Shown: positions 1 to 14,085, counted from the first letter of the stretch. The stretch: DNA of 64,000 nt from Eledone cirrhosa (GCA_964016885.1 OZ024743.1:128340001-128404000), one strand, 5' to 3'. The notes: generated by a model from the sequence alone, not told the origin. Numbers and translations are program-made.

Positions 1-2106
1 AGAGACTATTAAATGAGGAGAATAAGTGGGAAAAAGATAGTCTGCCCCAAATCGATCCAATAGAAGGATCAGCGGTGCAAGTTAAAGGTAGTATAATAAG
101 TAAGGCAATCAAAGATATGAAGACAGGTAAGGCAGCTGGGCCTTCGGAGATAGTTGCTGAGATGTTGAAGGCATCTGGAATGGTGGGACATACTATGGTC
201 ACCCATATAGTTAACCAAGTAATACAGAATGGGGTCATACCAAAAGACTGTCGAAGCAGCATCACCATTACTACTACAAGGGTAAAGGAGATGCTCTAGA
301 TAGAGGAAACTATAGAGGCATTAAGTTAGTTGACTAGGTCATGAAGGTCACAGAAAGAGTTATAGCACAACTAATCAGAGAGCGGATTGATCTAGATGAA
401 ATGCAGTTTGGATTTGTGTCAGGTAAAAGTACCACAGACGCTCTTTTCCTTGTACGACAACTACAAGAAAAGTAACTAGCTAAAAGTAAACCCCCTCTAC
501 TTAGCTTTTGTAGACCTAAAAGCCTTTGACAGAGTCCCCCACTTCATTATCTGGTGGGCTCTTAGAAAACTAGGTGTAGATGAATGGCTTGTGAGAGCTA
601 TACAAGCTATGTATAATGAAACAGTCAGCAAGGTTAGAATTAACAATGAATATTGTGAAGAATTTAGTGTAAAAGTTGGTGTTCACCAAGGCTCTGTCTT
701 TAGCCCCCTTCTATTTATTATTGCCCTTCAGGCTATAACAGAGGAGTTCATGACCGGCTGCCCATGGGAACTCCTATACGCAGATGATCTAATGCTCATA
801 GCTGAATCAATGGCTGAACTAGAAAAGAAATGCCAAACATGGAAGCATGGCCTAGAATCAAAAGGCCTTAAAGTTAACTTGTCTAAGACTAAAGTCCTAG
901 TTTGTAGAAAGGAAAATAAGGCACAGGTACCCTCAGGGAAATGGTCTTGCTCAGTATGTCCCAAATGCAAACTATGGGTACATAAAAGATGTAGTGGGAT
1001 CACAGATAAACTATCTAAGAACGTAGACTTTATATGTGGCCGATGCTCAGATGCAATAGGTAGCAAGTGTCCACAGGATACTAGCCCCTTCTATTGCCCA
1101 GATGGTTCTATAGAAATAGTAGACACTTTCCGTTATCTGGGTGACAAAATCAGCAGTGGTGGAGGGCGTTCTGAAAGTACAGTTGCCAGAGTCAGAACGG
1201 GATGGAAAAAGTTCAGAGAGCTTATACCGCTGTTGGCCACAAAAGGTTTCTCTCTAAAAATGAAAGGCAGATTGTATGATGCTTGTATAGGAACAGCAAT
1301 ACTACATGGCAGTGAGACATGGGCACTGCGTGCAGAGGAGCTGCGTAGACTGGAAAGGAACGAAGCATGCATGCTCTGTTGGATGTGTAATAGTAACATA
1401 CGTGAACGGCAAAGCATAAATGAACTAAGTGAGAAATTAGGAATAAGAGGGATCAGATGCTGTTTACTCGAGAGTATGGCCACGTGATGCGCATGAAAGA
1501 CGACAGCTGTATAAAAAAGTGCAGGGCGATCAAAATTGATGGTAGTTACGGAGTAGGTAGACCCAGAAAAACCTGAGACAATCTGATAAATTCCGACCTT
1601 ACACACTTGCACCTCTCTAAGACAATGTCACTGGACCGAGATCTTTGGCGCTACGCAGTAATACAGAAGACCCGCCTTGCCTATGTACAAAGCGAAACCT
1701 ACAGTCAGTAGGCACTTCTTAACCAAATATACACCCCAACCCACTACCCCTACCCTATCCTCCCATCAACATCACCCTCTCTTTATAAAGTTGGTACCAC
1801 AACATCCAGTCCAAATAAAGGAGATAATGAGATCGAGATCGAGATCGTGTAGATGTCACGAGAAAAAACACACAGTCCACACTGTAATGTGGCCATGTAG
1901 GTAACACGGTAAAAAGTTCCCAGTTCCACACTGTAAATGTGGTTGGTGTTAGGAAGGGCATCCAGCCATAGAAAACCTGCCAGATAGTCCTATATGAGCG
2001 AGACATGGTCACCCGATCAACCTTGCCTCAAATGGGACAACTCCCGTCTAACCCATGCTAGCGTGGAAAATGGACGTTAAACGAAGATGATGATGATGAT
2101 GATGAT
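1..2106 (+). mobile_element. Degenerate RTE-clade LINE (RT remnant, 3' UTR and (GAT)n tail), entering from the window start
   Basis: Frame-broken RT with KAAGPSEIVAEMLKA, GVHQGSVFSPLLF, LLYADDL and FRYLG. Colinear with the copy at 41631-43918 and ends in (GAT)n. Has stops, frameshifts and an in-frame deletion within the PHD finger. Confidence 0.93.
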
Positions 2107-3333
2107 ACATACATATTTATATATATATATATATATATATTTAAACATATGTATATCTTTTTTAAAACCATAGACATTTCTGAGATATATATAGTTAACT
2201 TGACTGGTACATATATTAACCACTCTGGAAAGATGAAAGGAAAATCCTACTTCAGCAGGGTTTGAGCTCAAAATATTAATAATGTAAATGCCATAAGCCA
2301 TTTTGTCTGCAACTACATGACATAATAGTTTCTAGTTTTAGCACAAGGCCAGCAATGTATAATGGGGCGGGCATTATATTGAAATCCTAGTACATGGTTG
2401 GTACTTAATTTTATCGACCCTGGAAGGATGAAAGGCAAAGTTGACCTCAACAAACTTGAATTTAGAATAAATAGATCAATGATATGTAACCTAATGGTTA
2501 TGGTCTTCAATTCACGATCATAAGGTCGTCGGTTCAATTCTTGGATCCAAATGGTTCATTGTATGTTGTTTTTCATAAGACTAGAGTCCCTAACATTAAA
2601 ATATCCAAGAAACCTCCACACGAAGTAAACTAAACTTGCATGGGTGAGAGCTGTAAATTTCATTTCGTTTATCAAATACTGCATGACATTTTGTCCAATG
2701 CTTTAATGATTCTACCAATTTCTGATCCTGCATAAATGATGAATCCTAATATAAGTACAAGGCCAGCAATTTAGGGAAGGTGAAAGTTAAATAAATCAAC
2801 CCCAGTATTATACTGGTACTTTTTATTTTTTTATCCTCGGGCTGACTCTAGTGCAGCCCTGTATAAATAATTTAAAAAAAAGAAAATGAAAATATTTCAG
2901 AATAGAAACATGGATATTTTTAAAAGGACCCAAATATAACCTTTTCTTTTTAAAGGAATTTTTGTAAAAAATAAAATTTGCTTAATAAATTATATGTACA
3001 TGGTATGTATTATGAATGGAGACACTGTCACAGCCAGACACAGCTACACATACATACACACAACCCAAGTCAAATACAAATACATACTCACACATGTATA
3101 TCATCATCATCATATTTAACAGCTGTTTTTTCTATGCTAACTGTATATCACATCACAATTAAACATACACACCCCCATATATCTTCTGACAAGAACATAC
3201 ACACTCACACAGACACACAGAAAATACTCCCACATACATATAATGGTTACAGCTCACTGGCTGGAACCAATAAAAGAATAAAGAGAGAAACTGTTGAACA
3301 CACACACACAGACACACACACAATCTACGTGTG

Positions 3334-3370
<37 letters not shown>

Positions 3371-3388
3371 GAGAGAGAGTGAGCGAGA

Positions 3389-3454
<66 letters not shown>

Positions 3455-3642
3455 ACGTAGGAGTTGTGGTAAGGAACCAGATGGACCATAACGTACCAGA
3501 GTACTGAATACTTAGGGTAGTGGAGTGGGTAATAGGAGAAAGTATGACCCCGACGGCAGAGCTCAAGCCGTTTCGACGGCTATTTCTGGACTAGCCGCCG
3601 AAACGGCTTGAGCTCTGCCGTCGGGGTCATACTTTCTCCTAT
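3455..3642 (-). mobile_element. Short fold-back element in (TA)n containing the 3' half of a hammerhead ribozyme (PLE pseudo-LTR-like)
   Basis: Inverted arms at 3532-3582 and 3592-3642. Read outward from the centre, each arm gives GAAACGGC-ttgagctct-GCCGTC (stem III plus GUC). Homologous to 16903-17095 and flanked by (TA)n on both sides. Confidence 0.7.
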
Positions 3643-3654
3643 ATATATACATAT

Positions 3655-4015
3655 AAAATACACCCCCCGTCCCACCACCACCACCCCCACCCCATCCACA
3701 CCGCCCCGTTCTATGTAAAGTTATGTTGGTGCCACACTATCCAGGCCGAAACAAATGAGATCGTGTAGGTGTCACGACAAAAAAAACACACAGTCCACGC
3801 TGTAATGTGGCCATGTAGGCAACACGGTAAAAACCTCCCAGACCCACACTGTAAATGTGGTTGGTGTTAGGAAGGGCATCCAACTGTAGAAAACCTGCCA
3901 GACAGTCCTATGCGAGCAAGACAATCACTCTTGCCTCAAGTGGGACTACCCCCGTCCAAACCCATGCAAGCGTGGAACACGGACGTTAAACGTTGATGAT
4001 GATGATGATGATGAT
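3655..4015 (+). mobile_element. RTE LINE 3' UTR fragment (5'-truncated insertion) with (GAT)n tail
   Basis: Near-identical to the reverse complement of 56305-56650 and similar to 43580-43918. Confidence 0.88.
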
Positions 4016-4068
4016 AAGTAGGCCGAATTTACTTGCAAACCGCCAGAGATTCGATTTTACTGATTTCC

Positions 4069-4070
<2 letters not shown>

Positions 4071-4129
<59 letters not shown>

Positions 4130-4570
4130 TAGATAGATATATAGATAGATAGATAGAGACAGAGAGAGAGATATCAGTGTGTGTGTGTGTGTGTGTGTTT
4201 GAAGTAATATTTATGTGGAGTTGTGAGTGTACATGGGAGTGAATATGTGAATGTGTGTATGTGTCTGTCCATGTGTATATGTATATATGTCCACATGTGT
4301 GTGCGTATATATGTATATACACACACACACACATATATATACACACACATATATACACACGCACATATACATATATATACAAACACACATATATATATAT
4401 ACACACATATATATATACACACACACACACATATAGACATATATATATGCATACACATATGTATATACACACACATATATACACACACACACACACACAT
4501 ACATATAGACATATATATATATATGCACACACATGCATATATATACATATATATATATGCATGTGTATGT
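4071..4570. repeat. Compound (TA)n/(TAGA)n/(TG)n/(CA)n microsatellite
   Basis: Directly visible. It produces the spurious Y/I/C/V/H/T ORFs. Confidence 0.95.
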
Positions 4571-4747
4571 ACATATCCAGTGTCCCCACTAGACCAAACA
4601 ATTACACAACACAGCAGGGACTGTATATAATGATGCGTAAGATGTAGCCATTTCCCAAGGAAACTCCTTTCAACATAGACCCACTGTGATCAGAAGCGGG
4701 TTAATGGGTCTATTGGACTCCCATATGTCTGCAGTTGCCCACTTTAC

Positions 4748-5915
4748 ACCATCATCATTACAACCATCATCATCATCATCATGACCTCCATTACAACCAT
4801 CATCATCATCATGATCATCGCCATTACAACCATCACCATCATCATGATCACCGCCATTACAACCATCACCATTACAACCATCACCATCATCATGATCACC
4901 GCCTTTACAACCATCACCATCATCATGATCACCGCCATTACAACCATCACCATCATCATGATCACCGCCATTACAACCATCACCATCATCATGATCACCG
5001 CCATTACAACCATCACCATCATCATCGCCATTACAACCATCATCACCATCATGATCATCGCCATTACAACCATCACCATCATCATGATCACCGCCATTAC
5101 AACCATCACCATCATCATGATCACCGCCATTACAACCATCACCATCATCATGATCACCGCCATTACAACCATCACCATCATCATGATCATCGCCATTACA
5201 ACCATCACCATCAACATCATCATCACAATTACAACCATCACCATCATCATGATCACCGCCATTACAACCATCACCATCATCATGATCACCGCCATTACAA
5301 CCATCACCACCATCATGATCACCGCCATTACAACCATCACCACCATCATGATTAACGCCATTATAACCATCACCATCATGATCACCACCATTACAACCGT
5401 CACCATCAACATGATCACCGCCATTACAACCATCACCATCATCATGATCATCGCCATTACAACCATCACCATCATCATGATCACCGCCATTACAACCATC
5501 ACCATCATCATGATCACCGCCATTACAACCATCACCATCATCATGATCATCGCCATTATAACCATCACCATCATCATCACCATTACAACCATCACCATCA
5601 ACATCATCATCGCCATTACAACCATCACCATCACCATGATCACTGCCATTACAACCATCACCATCATCATGATCACCGCCATTACAACCATCATCATCAT
5701 GATCACCGCCATTACAACCATCACCATCATCATCGCCATTACAACCATCACCATCATCATTACAACCATCACCACTACCACAGCCACTGCCATCATCATC
5801 ATCATCATTATCATTATCCCCATCATAACCATCATCCTCACTATCACAGCTGCCACCACCCCTACCATCAATATCACCACTGCCATCAGCACCACCACTA
5901 CCATAATAATCATCA
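4748..5915. repeat. 33-bp minisatellite (GCCATTACAACCATCACCATCATCATGATCACC) with 27- and 30-bp variants, decaying into (CAT/CAC)n
   Basis: About 30 tandem units. Translates as DDGDGCNGGDH on the minus strand or HHHHHDHRHYN on the plus strand. Confidence 0.95.
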
Positions 5916-6541
5916 TAAAAAAAAGCAAATGAGATAATTGTACACCACACAAGTACATTTGCTTTGTAGGGATACATCTCTGTCTGCTTGTCTGTCTGTC
6001 CCCCACCCCCACCCCCTCTCTCATACACACACACACACACACATGTACACACATATTCACAACAACTAAACATGTATACATGTGCATACATAACACACAT
6101 GTTCACACATACACACAGAACATTCATGTGTCCACACATATACATACAACATAGACATGAACATGTGCACACAAACTTAGACTTATATACAAACACATAT
6201 CCAACACACACACAGACACATCTTCAACAAATGCACACACATCCAACACACCCACAACTCTCCAACACACACACACACACACATTTCAAAACTTTCTAAA
6301 CTATGTCCTGTCAGCTTCCACTCACAACAAACAGTCCTCTATCAAAGCCTCACCCTTTCACTCATCACAATAGCAGTGCTGATAGGGGGTGGTGATGGTG
6401 GTGGGGGGGAGCCATATTTCCCACACAGTACACCATAGCATCTTCTTAAAAGAAGAATACATTAGATAACATAGTTTAGACAGATATCAATTTTTAATTT
6501 AGGAAGGCCAGCCAATTTGGGGAAAAGGCGAAGTTGATTAA

Positions 6542-6762
6542 CCCTTTAGCATTTACATTACTCTATATTTACTATTGTATTGTCATGGTAAAGGCTTTAC
6601 CTCACATAATTATTTCACATAATATTGAATCTATGAGAATTTGATATTATTTATTTTGAGAACAATACCTTAACGTCAGTATGAGTGGCTGGTTTTAGTT
6701 GCTTTGAACAGAAAGAGGTGAGAAAATTCTGGCTGGATACAGCTGGTTTAAATGCAAAGGAG
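6542..6762. mobile_element. piggyBac-like MITE
   Basis: TTAA on both flanks, with termini CCCTTTAGCATTTA and TAAATGCAAAGGAG. An inverted sister copy lies at 43930-44150. Confidence 0.75.
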
Positions 6763-7345
6763 TTAAATCAACCTCCAGTACTTGACTAGCTCTTTATTTT
6801 GTCAACTCTGGAAGGATGACAATCAAATTGACCCTGGCAGGATTTGAACTCAGAATAGTTTGTAAAGAGCCAGAATAAATACTGTGAAGGCATTTTTCTG
6901 ACATTCTACCGATTCTGCCAATCCACCACCCTGGTCTAGAGAGATATTGGTTTGAATTTTTAAAAATGTGGGATGGCCATATCCAGAATGTCTTTAATCA
7001 TAGGTTTGATGGATCACATCTGACCTGGGACTAAAGAACTTATTGTCCTACACTCGACTGATATGTATATATATAGTACTTTATCTTATTGACCCAAAAA
7101 AGGATGTAAGGCAAGATTTGAACTCAGAATGTAAAGCATACCTCTAAACTACATTTTTGGCCTTGTGTCAAAGTAAGAAATGAATGATAATATCAATAAT
7201 GATTTCTAATTTAGGCACAATGCCAGCAATTAGTAGGGGAGGAGAAAGTCGATTATATCAACCTCAGTATTTTACTGGTACTTTATTTTATTGATATAGG
7301 AAAGATGAAAGATAAAGTTGACCCCCACCCAAATAATAATAATAA

Positions 7346-7560
7346 TAATTGTTTCTACTTTAGGCACAAGGCCAGCAATTTGTCGGGGAGGGGAAAGTTA
7401 ATTAAATCGACCCAAGTGCATTACTGGGGATTTATTTTACCAATCCCGTAAGGATGAAAGGCAAAGTTAACCTCGGCAGGATTTGAACTCAGAACATAAA
7501 GGGCCATAATTCTATGCTGCAAAGCATGTTGTCTGATGCTCTACCGATACTGCCAAACCA
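7346..7560 (-). mobile_element. tRNA-related SINE, family A (A box, insert, B box GAGTTCAAATCC, (ATT)n tail)
   Basis: The core AGGATGAAAGGCAAAGTTAACCTCGGC...ATTTGAACTCAG recurs in more than 10 places (for example ~2400, 6800, 11100, 15200, 20220, 22030, 23240, 23640, 23860, 33310, 34500, 40070). Confidence 0.75.
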
Positions 7561-9133
7561 ATAATAATGTTGGGATTATTTTATCAATCCTACCATTTGT
7601 TTGCCAAATGTTGCTTAAGCAAAAGGAAAGGGGATATATTTTCATAAGAATTCTCGTTTTCTATGTGATTTTGTAAACTTTCCACACTTAAACCAACTCC
7701 ACGGTGGTCAAAACCTCTGTTATCCACTCTCCTGTTCTGAACTCCTCCTGCTCCGTTTGTTCCCCCATCTCTCTAGTTTTAGCACCCACCCATCCTCTAA
7801 CTCTGTTATACATCTGTGACTAAAAACATCTTTTGTAAACAACTTTAAGTGGGGAAGGGGAACAGAATATTTTTGTGGCACATCTCTTGTGTTGGGCTAC
7901 ATATTGTGTCCATATGGCTGGTATCACTTCACTTTTGGCCCCCTCCATATCTCTCTACTTCTCTCTCTCTCACACACACATACACAGAATTTATGTAATC
8001 GCACACAGCCATAAATCTTACACACACACACACATGCCTTTCTCACTTTATCACATGTATTCACTAACACACAGTTATAATATAATCGCTGGTATTCACA
8101 CAAATATACTCTAACAAAAACATATAAATACATATTATTTCATTCACATTACATACCCACTGATCAATACATCCATATGTACCTCACACGTTAATACACA
8201 ATAACTCATCTACAAAGGTATACACTCTTTTTCTAACATACACACACTAAAGTAAACACACATAGAGGACATATTCTCTAAAACAATACATGCCCCTCCT
8301 CACACTTACATTTATTTATTAATTCTCACTTATGGGGGTTTAGCCACAAGAGGTTTCTTGGGTGTTTTAATGATAGGATGCGCCAATCCTGTCATGGAAA
8401 ACAATGGGCAATGAAGCCTCTTGCTCAAGAACACAACATGCTACCTGGTTCAGGAATCAAGCCCAACGCCCTAACCCCTAGGCCACATACCTTCACATAC
8501 GCACATACTTTCCTTACCCACATATGCCCACACACATACATATTTCCTTTATACACATATCCTCTCACCTATACATATATACTCCCTTTACACACATATT
8601 CTCCCACCACATATGTATCCCCCCCCCCACACACACACTTGCCTTCATCCACACATGTAGATGTACACACCCTATACACCCTCAATACATGCTGTGTTGT
8701 CTTCATCTATCATTACATGGTAAAATTATATATACCAATAAGCAAATTAAATATAGCCAGGGGTGGGAAAAACTAGAAGGGGTAGAGGAATACAGTCTAT
8801 CTTCTTTCATGGGGTGAGGAAGCAGGGACAACAGTAAATACCTGCACATTAGTTAGTGAATATCATCATCATCATCAACGTTTAACATCTATCTTCCACG
8901 CTAGCATGGGTTTAGGTGGCTTTATCTGTGTATGTGTGTGCGATGTATATATATACAGACGTACAGTAGTATGTATATATATTCATACATGCACACATAT
9001 ATATATATATGTACGTATGGGTTTACCGAACATATATTATAATGCTCGGTTTGTTTGTAAACAAACATCCTGAATTAAGCCGTACAGTGTTTAGCAACCA
9101 TCGTTGCCCTTTTGTTTAACACTGACAAAGGAT

Positions 9134-9174
9134 CGATGTACTAGTTTCAAGCTTATTAGCTATCATCAGCACCG
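9134..9174 (-). ncRNA. Type I hammerhead ribozyme, core essentially intact
   Basis: Minus strand reads CGGTG CTGATGA T AGCT-aata-AGCT T GAAAC TA GTA CATCG. Stem I is CGGTG/CATCG (extendable by AAGG/CCTT), stem II is AGCT/AGCT with a U-U pair at its base, stem III is the palindrome ACTAGT, and the triplet is GUA. Confidence 0.82.
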
Positions 9175-9804
9175 TATACCTTCCTGCCAGATGATTGAAC
9201 GTCTGAAAGTATATACTTTCCTTATGCATATTAACGGCTGAGCAGCCTAATTTGCATATCGAGTGAGTTAATCGGCCGGGCGCACCAAAAACGATAAATG
9301 GAAAAAATGAAACGAAATTTCATTTCTCACTCTTAGTACGGCTGTTACTTAAATATAAGTATGTATACGTACATACATATATGTATACAGACGTACAGTA
9401 GTATGTATATATATATACACATACATGCACACATATATATATGTACGTATGGATTTACCGAACATTTATTATAATGCTCGGTTTGTTTGTAAATATATAC
9501 ATACATGCACACATATATATATGTACGTATGGTAAATCCATATGTACATATATATATGTGTGTATATATATACATACTACTGCACATCTGTATACATATA
9601 TGTATGTACGTATACATATTTATATATAAGTAACAGCCGTACTAAGAGTGAGAAATGAAATTTCGTTTCATTTTTTTCCATTTATCGTTTTCGGTGAGCC
9701 CGGCCGATTAACTCACTCGATATGCAAATTAGGCTGCTCAGCCGTTAATATGCATAAGGAAAGTATATACTTTCAGACGTTCAATCATCTGGCAGGAAGG
9801 TATA

Positions 9805-9845
9805 CGGTGTTGATGATAGCTAATAAGCTTGAAACTAGTACATCG
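9805..9845 (+). ncRNA. Type I hammerhead ribozyme, C3U core variant (TTGATGA)
   Basis: Identical to 9134-9174 except for the first core base. Confidence 0.72.
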
Positions 9846-12020
9846 TTCCTTTGTCAGTGTTGAACAAAAGGGCAACGATGGTTGCTAAACACTGTACGGC
9901 TTAATTCGGGATGTTTGTTTACAAACAAACCGAGCTTTATAATAAATGTTCGGTAAATCCATACGTACATATATGTGTGCATGTATGTATATATATATAC
10001 ATACTACTGTACGTCTGTATACTTATATGTATGTACGTATACATACTTATATTTAAGTAACAACCGTACTAAGAGTGAGAAATTAAATTTTGTTTCATTT
10101 TTTTCCATTTATATATATACTAATTTGATTAAAATAAAATTGTTGTTATTTTGTTATTTTGATTGCTAACCTTCTTTCCTTCATTAACCCTTCTGTTATC
10201 ATATTTCCAATGAAAGACTGTAATTCAATTGATCAATGAACAATTTGGAGGGATTTACTAAAATTATTAATTATTTCATTATCAAATGGTATTTATAACA
10301 TGACAACAAGTTTTTATATAAAATTATCTTGGAAAATTTAAATAGGAACCCTATTTTGATTCATAGAATCAGAGCTGGTTTGGGATGGGTTGGTATTAAA
10401 AAGTTTAAACAGTAAGTAAAACAAGAAAAAAAGAATCACCTGAAGTATTTTTTTTCTTCTTTTTACACTTTATTAACAGTTTCCTTTCTCTTTAGGAATA
10501 ACATAAGATAAAATTAATTAGAATTCAAATAAACTAGTGATTATCTGCATCACTAATGAACCAAAATAAACAGTTGAAATACTTTGTTGAAGAAAGATAC
10601 AGATAAAGTTTGTGTGTGGAGAGACATGAAGCTATCTTAATTAACAAATTTTAATGACATATGATAGGAAGGAGCAGTGTGGTTAAGAAATGTCACTTCA
10701 CAATCACCTGGTTACACGTTCAATCCCACTGGCACCCTCTTGGATAAGTGTTTTCTATTTGTAGACTGGAGTTAACTGATGCCTTGTGAATCAAAGTTAA
10801 TAGACAGAAACTGTAAACAAAGATGGAAAGAAGAGGATGGAGGAAGGAAAAAAATAAGGAAAAAGAAAGAAAAAAGGAGAAACAAAGAAAGAAGAAAGAA
10901 AGAGAAAGAAAGGACAGTTATGATACCAGGTCCATTATAGTCATTGTAACATTTCTTATATCCATCTATCCATGATCACTGAACTCCTAGCTTGAACACA
11001 GCTGATTTCTTCCAGAGAAATTGAAGTGGATGGGGGCAAAAAAGAGATAACGGGAGAATCAACCCAGTACTGGACTGATACTTTATTTAAGGACCTCAAA
11101 AGGATGAAAGGCAAAGTTGACGTTAGTGGGATTTTAACTCAGTACATACAGCTGAAATGAATGCTTAACAGCATTCTATCCAAAGTTCTAGTGAATCTGC
11201 CATTTAGCTGTTATACTAAAAGTAAACATGGAGAGAGACCAGGGGTTAGAGTGTTTGACAATCAAACAGAGACAATATAGGTTTTAAGAGAACTTTTCAT
11301 TCTGGCCTACTATATGATTACCTCTCTAGTGCTGGTGCCATGATAAAATGTAGTGTTAGTGTAGGTGCCATGATAAAATGTTCCTAGTGCACTCTGTAAA
11401 GTGATTGGCATTAGGAAGGGCATCCAGCCATAGAAACCATACCAAATATAGAATGTAAAGAACAAGATGGGTTAATCCAGCATGCCTGGTCATTACAGCC
11501 TGTTTAACTCATGCCAGTGAAGAAAGTGGACATAATACGATGATGATGATGATGATGATTCCTTGTATATACACATTACAGAAATCTCTCTGATGTTTTT
11601 CCATCCACCATTACTCCATCACCAAGTTCTTTATATCTTCCACGTTAATCTCTTCTTGTCTATTATGTTTACCACAAGAGATTTCATCTGGGTGGTGTGG
11701 TCCCAGATCCATATTGGCAATGATAACTTTCCCTATACAGACACATTAACAAAGTCTCTGGTGTTTCTCCATCAATGATTGCTCTATCACCAAGTACCTC
11801 ATATCTTTCACTTTTATCTCTTCTTGTCTATAAATTTTACCACAGGAGATTTCATCTAAAATCTATATGTTGAAACTTTCTTTTATCATTTCTTTTATTA
11901 TCTCTTTTCTTTATTTCATCTGTTTTGCCCCCAATTATTATAAATTTTATTATCTATTTATTGTTTTATTTCTTCTTAATTTTTCCCAATCTTAAACACA
12001 CATGTTCTACAAAATGCTCT

Positions 12021-12907
12021 TTTCTTCAATCCTACCATCTCCAAACTGTGACCCATTGAACCCCCCACCCCACTAACTCTCTGTAATATTCTGAAGAAAT
12101 CAATGCGGAAGCCTCTATACAGTTGCTCAATCTATATTTGCTAGAAATAGTAACCAATTCTTCCTCAAATCATATCCTACCATATTAAAAATAGACGGAC
12201 ACATTTGACAACTATATCTATACAAAAAACATGTGGTGATCATGGTTGGATAGCCTTTGATTGCATATTTCTTGATTAGGATTAACCTGGCACTAAACAG
12301 CAATAACAATTTGTAATTGAAATAGTTCTGTGGTTGATAATACCAACAACCTCCTTTCATCAAAAACACATGCACTAATTGTATTTCACTTCAGTTTTAT
12401 TAATCAATTAGACAATTAGTTCAATAGTCAGTTGATTTATTGGTTTGTCAAAGTTCTTTCGTCACAACCCATGACCATAGCACACTACATGCCCTTGTGT
12501 GCTTCCTTTTTGTTGACACATAAATATTGATATCTAATAGAGATATAAGATCACGCATTTTGATGAAAGGAGGTTGTTGGTATTATCAACCACAAAACTA
12601 TTTCAATTACAAATTGTTATTGCTGTTTAGTGCCAGGTTAATCCTAATCAAGAAATATGCGATCAAAGGCTATCCAACCATGATCACCACATGTTTTTGT
12701 ATAGATATAGTTGTCAAATGTGTCCATCTATTTTTAAGATGGTAGGATATGATTTGAGGAAGAATTGGTTACTATTTCTAGCAAATATAGATTGAGCAAC
12801 TGTATAGAGGCTCCCGCATTGATTTCTTCAGAATATTACAGAGAGTTAGTGGTTGGGGGGAGAGAGTTTCAATGGGTCACAGTTTGGAGATGGTAGGATT
12901 GAAGAAA
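12021..12907. repeat. Long inverted repeat: ~345-bp arms (12021-12365 and 12558-12907) with a ~190-bp spacer
   Basis: The arms are near-identical reverse complements, and the same peptide appears in ORFs 12127- and 12527+. Confidence 0.92.
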
Positions 12908-14085
12908 CTATGATCAAGAACTCAATGGAGGTAAGTGATGTCATGACTTCAGATGAATTTCAGACAATGATGTAAAAAGTAATTGGCATCTAGCCATAGA
13001 AAAATTGCCAAACAAAGGCAGTGAGGTCTCTTTAGTTGTTGGTGAGTGTTCAACGATATCAACCAACAGATGACTGATACTAATCTGGTAACACTGTTTG
13101 TGTGTGTTGGACATCCATTAGTTATGATGATGAGTCTTCCAGTTGTTAGACCAATGGAACAGCATACTCATAAAATTAACATGTAAGTTGCTAAGAATTG
13201 CACACACCATGCATCCTTAAAGTTTTTCTCAGGGAGATTCAACATGACACTGGCTCTTTGAATTAAAGATACAACTCATTTTTCCCAGCTATGTAGACTG
13301 GGGCAATATGAAATAAACTGTCTTAGTTAAGGACACAATGCACTGCCAGGAATCAAACTGACGACGTTACGATCATGAACCAAACACCTTAATCACTAGG
13401 TCATGTACCTTCACAATTACACTATTCATCATCATCATTTTCATCATTTAACATCCATTTTCCATGCAACAGTAAAGCAACCAGCTTACAGATCTACTTA
13501 CTGTCTTGACATCCTCTAGAAAATAAATATTTAAAAATTACATAATTAAGAAACAATTTAGTCAGAAGCCTTTTAATCATGTTGATACCAATTTGCCTGA
13601 GACAAAATGTGATACAAAATTCTCCATTTTAAAGTATTTTATTTAAATCAAAAGCTTCTTTCATATATAAGAACTTTCTGTTGTGCCAAACAACACCTTA
13701 ATAATGGAGAAATTAGTTATTTTATTACACTCTTCCAAATTATTGCTTATTTTAAAAAATCAATTGAAACACTTGGACCATTTCATTGGAAATATAGCCA
13801 CAAAAGGGTTAATAGAAAATCATTATGAAGAATGTCCATGGCTTCTGGTCAGCTTAAAGTTGCTAATTCCAGCATGGTGTTGTTATCTTTAGCCATTAAA
13901 CAGTCACTGTAGGCATTAAATAAACATTTGTATTCACTATCAGCCTTGTTCCAAACAGATGATGGCTTTCTATAAATATACAAACAAAGAACAAAAAAAC
14001 CTTGATACTTTTTTTCTCAACTGAACTCTACAAATTTCCTCTCTCTTTTTCATACATATGCTAGTGTGGAAGATGGACGTTAAAC

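Larger units (their letters stand above)
8954..10111. mobile_element. Non-coding ~430-bp hammerhead-containing unit (retrozyme or non-autonomous PLE-like), partial tandem copies in divergent inverted arrangement
   Basis: Direct repeat with period ~432 bp (8954 and 9386), inversion point near 9531, then an inverted copy with period ~421 bp (9531 and 9952). Each full unit has one HHR. Flanks are TA-rich and there is no meaningful ORF. Confidence 0.8.

Noticed and set aside
4670-6211. 513-aa D/G/C-rich ORF and overlapping His-, Thr- and Met/Val-rich ORFs as host genes
   Set aside because: This is a minisatellite with microsatellite-derived N-termini. No domain or splice evidence was found.
11575-11860. 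Possible ancient RLE-LINE remnant with a local duplication
   Set aside because: The peptide similarity is too degraded to call by eye.
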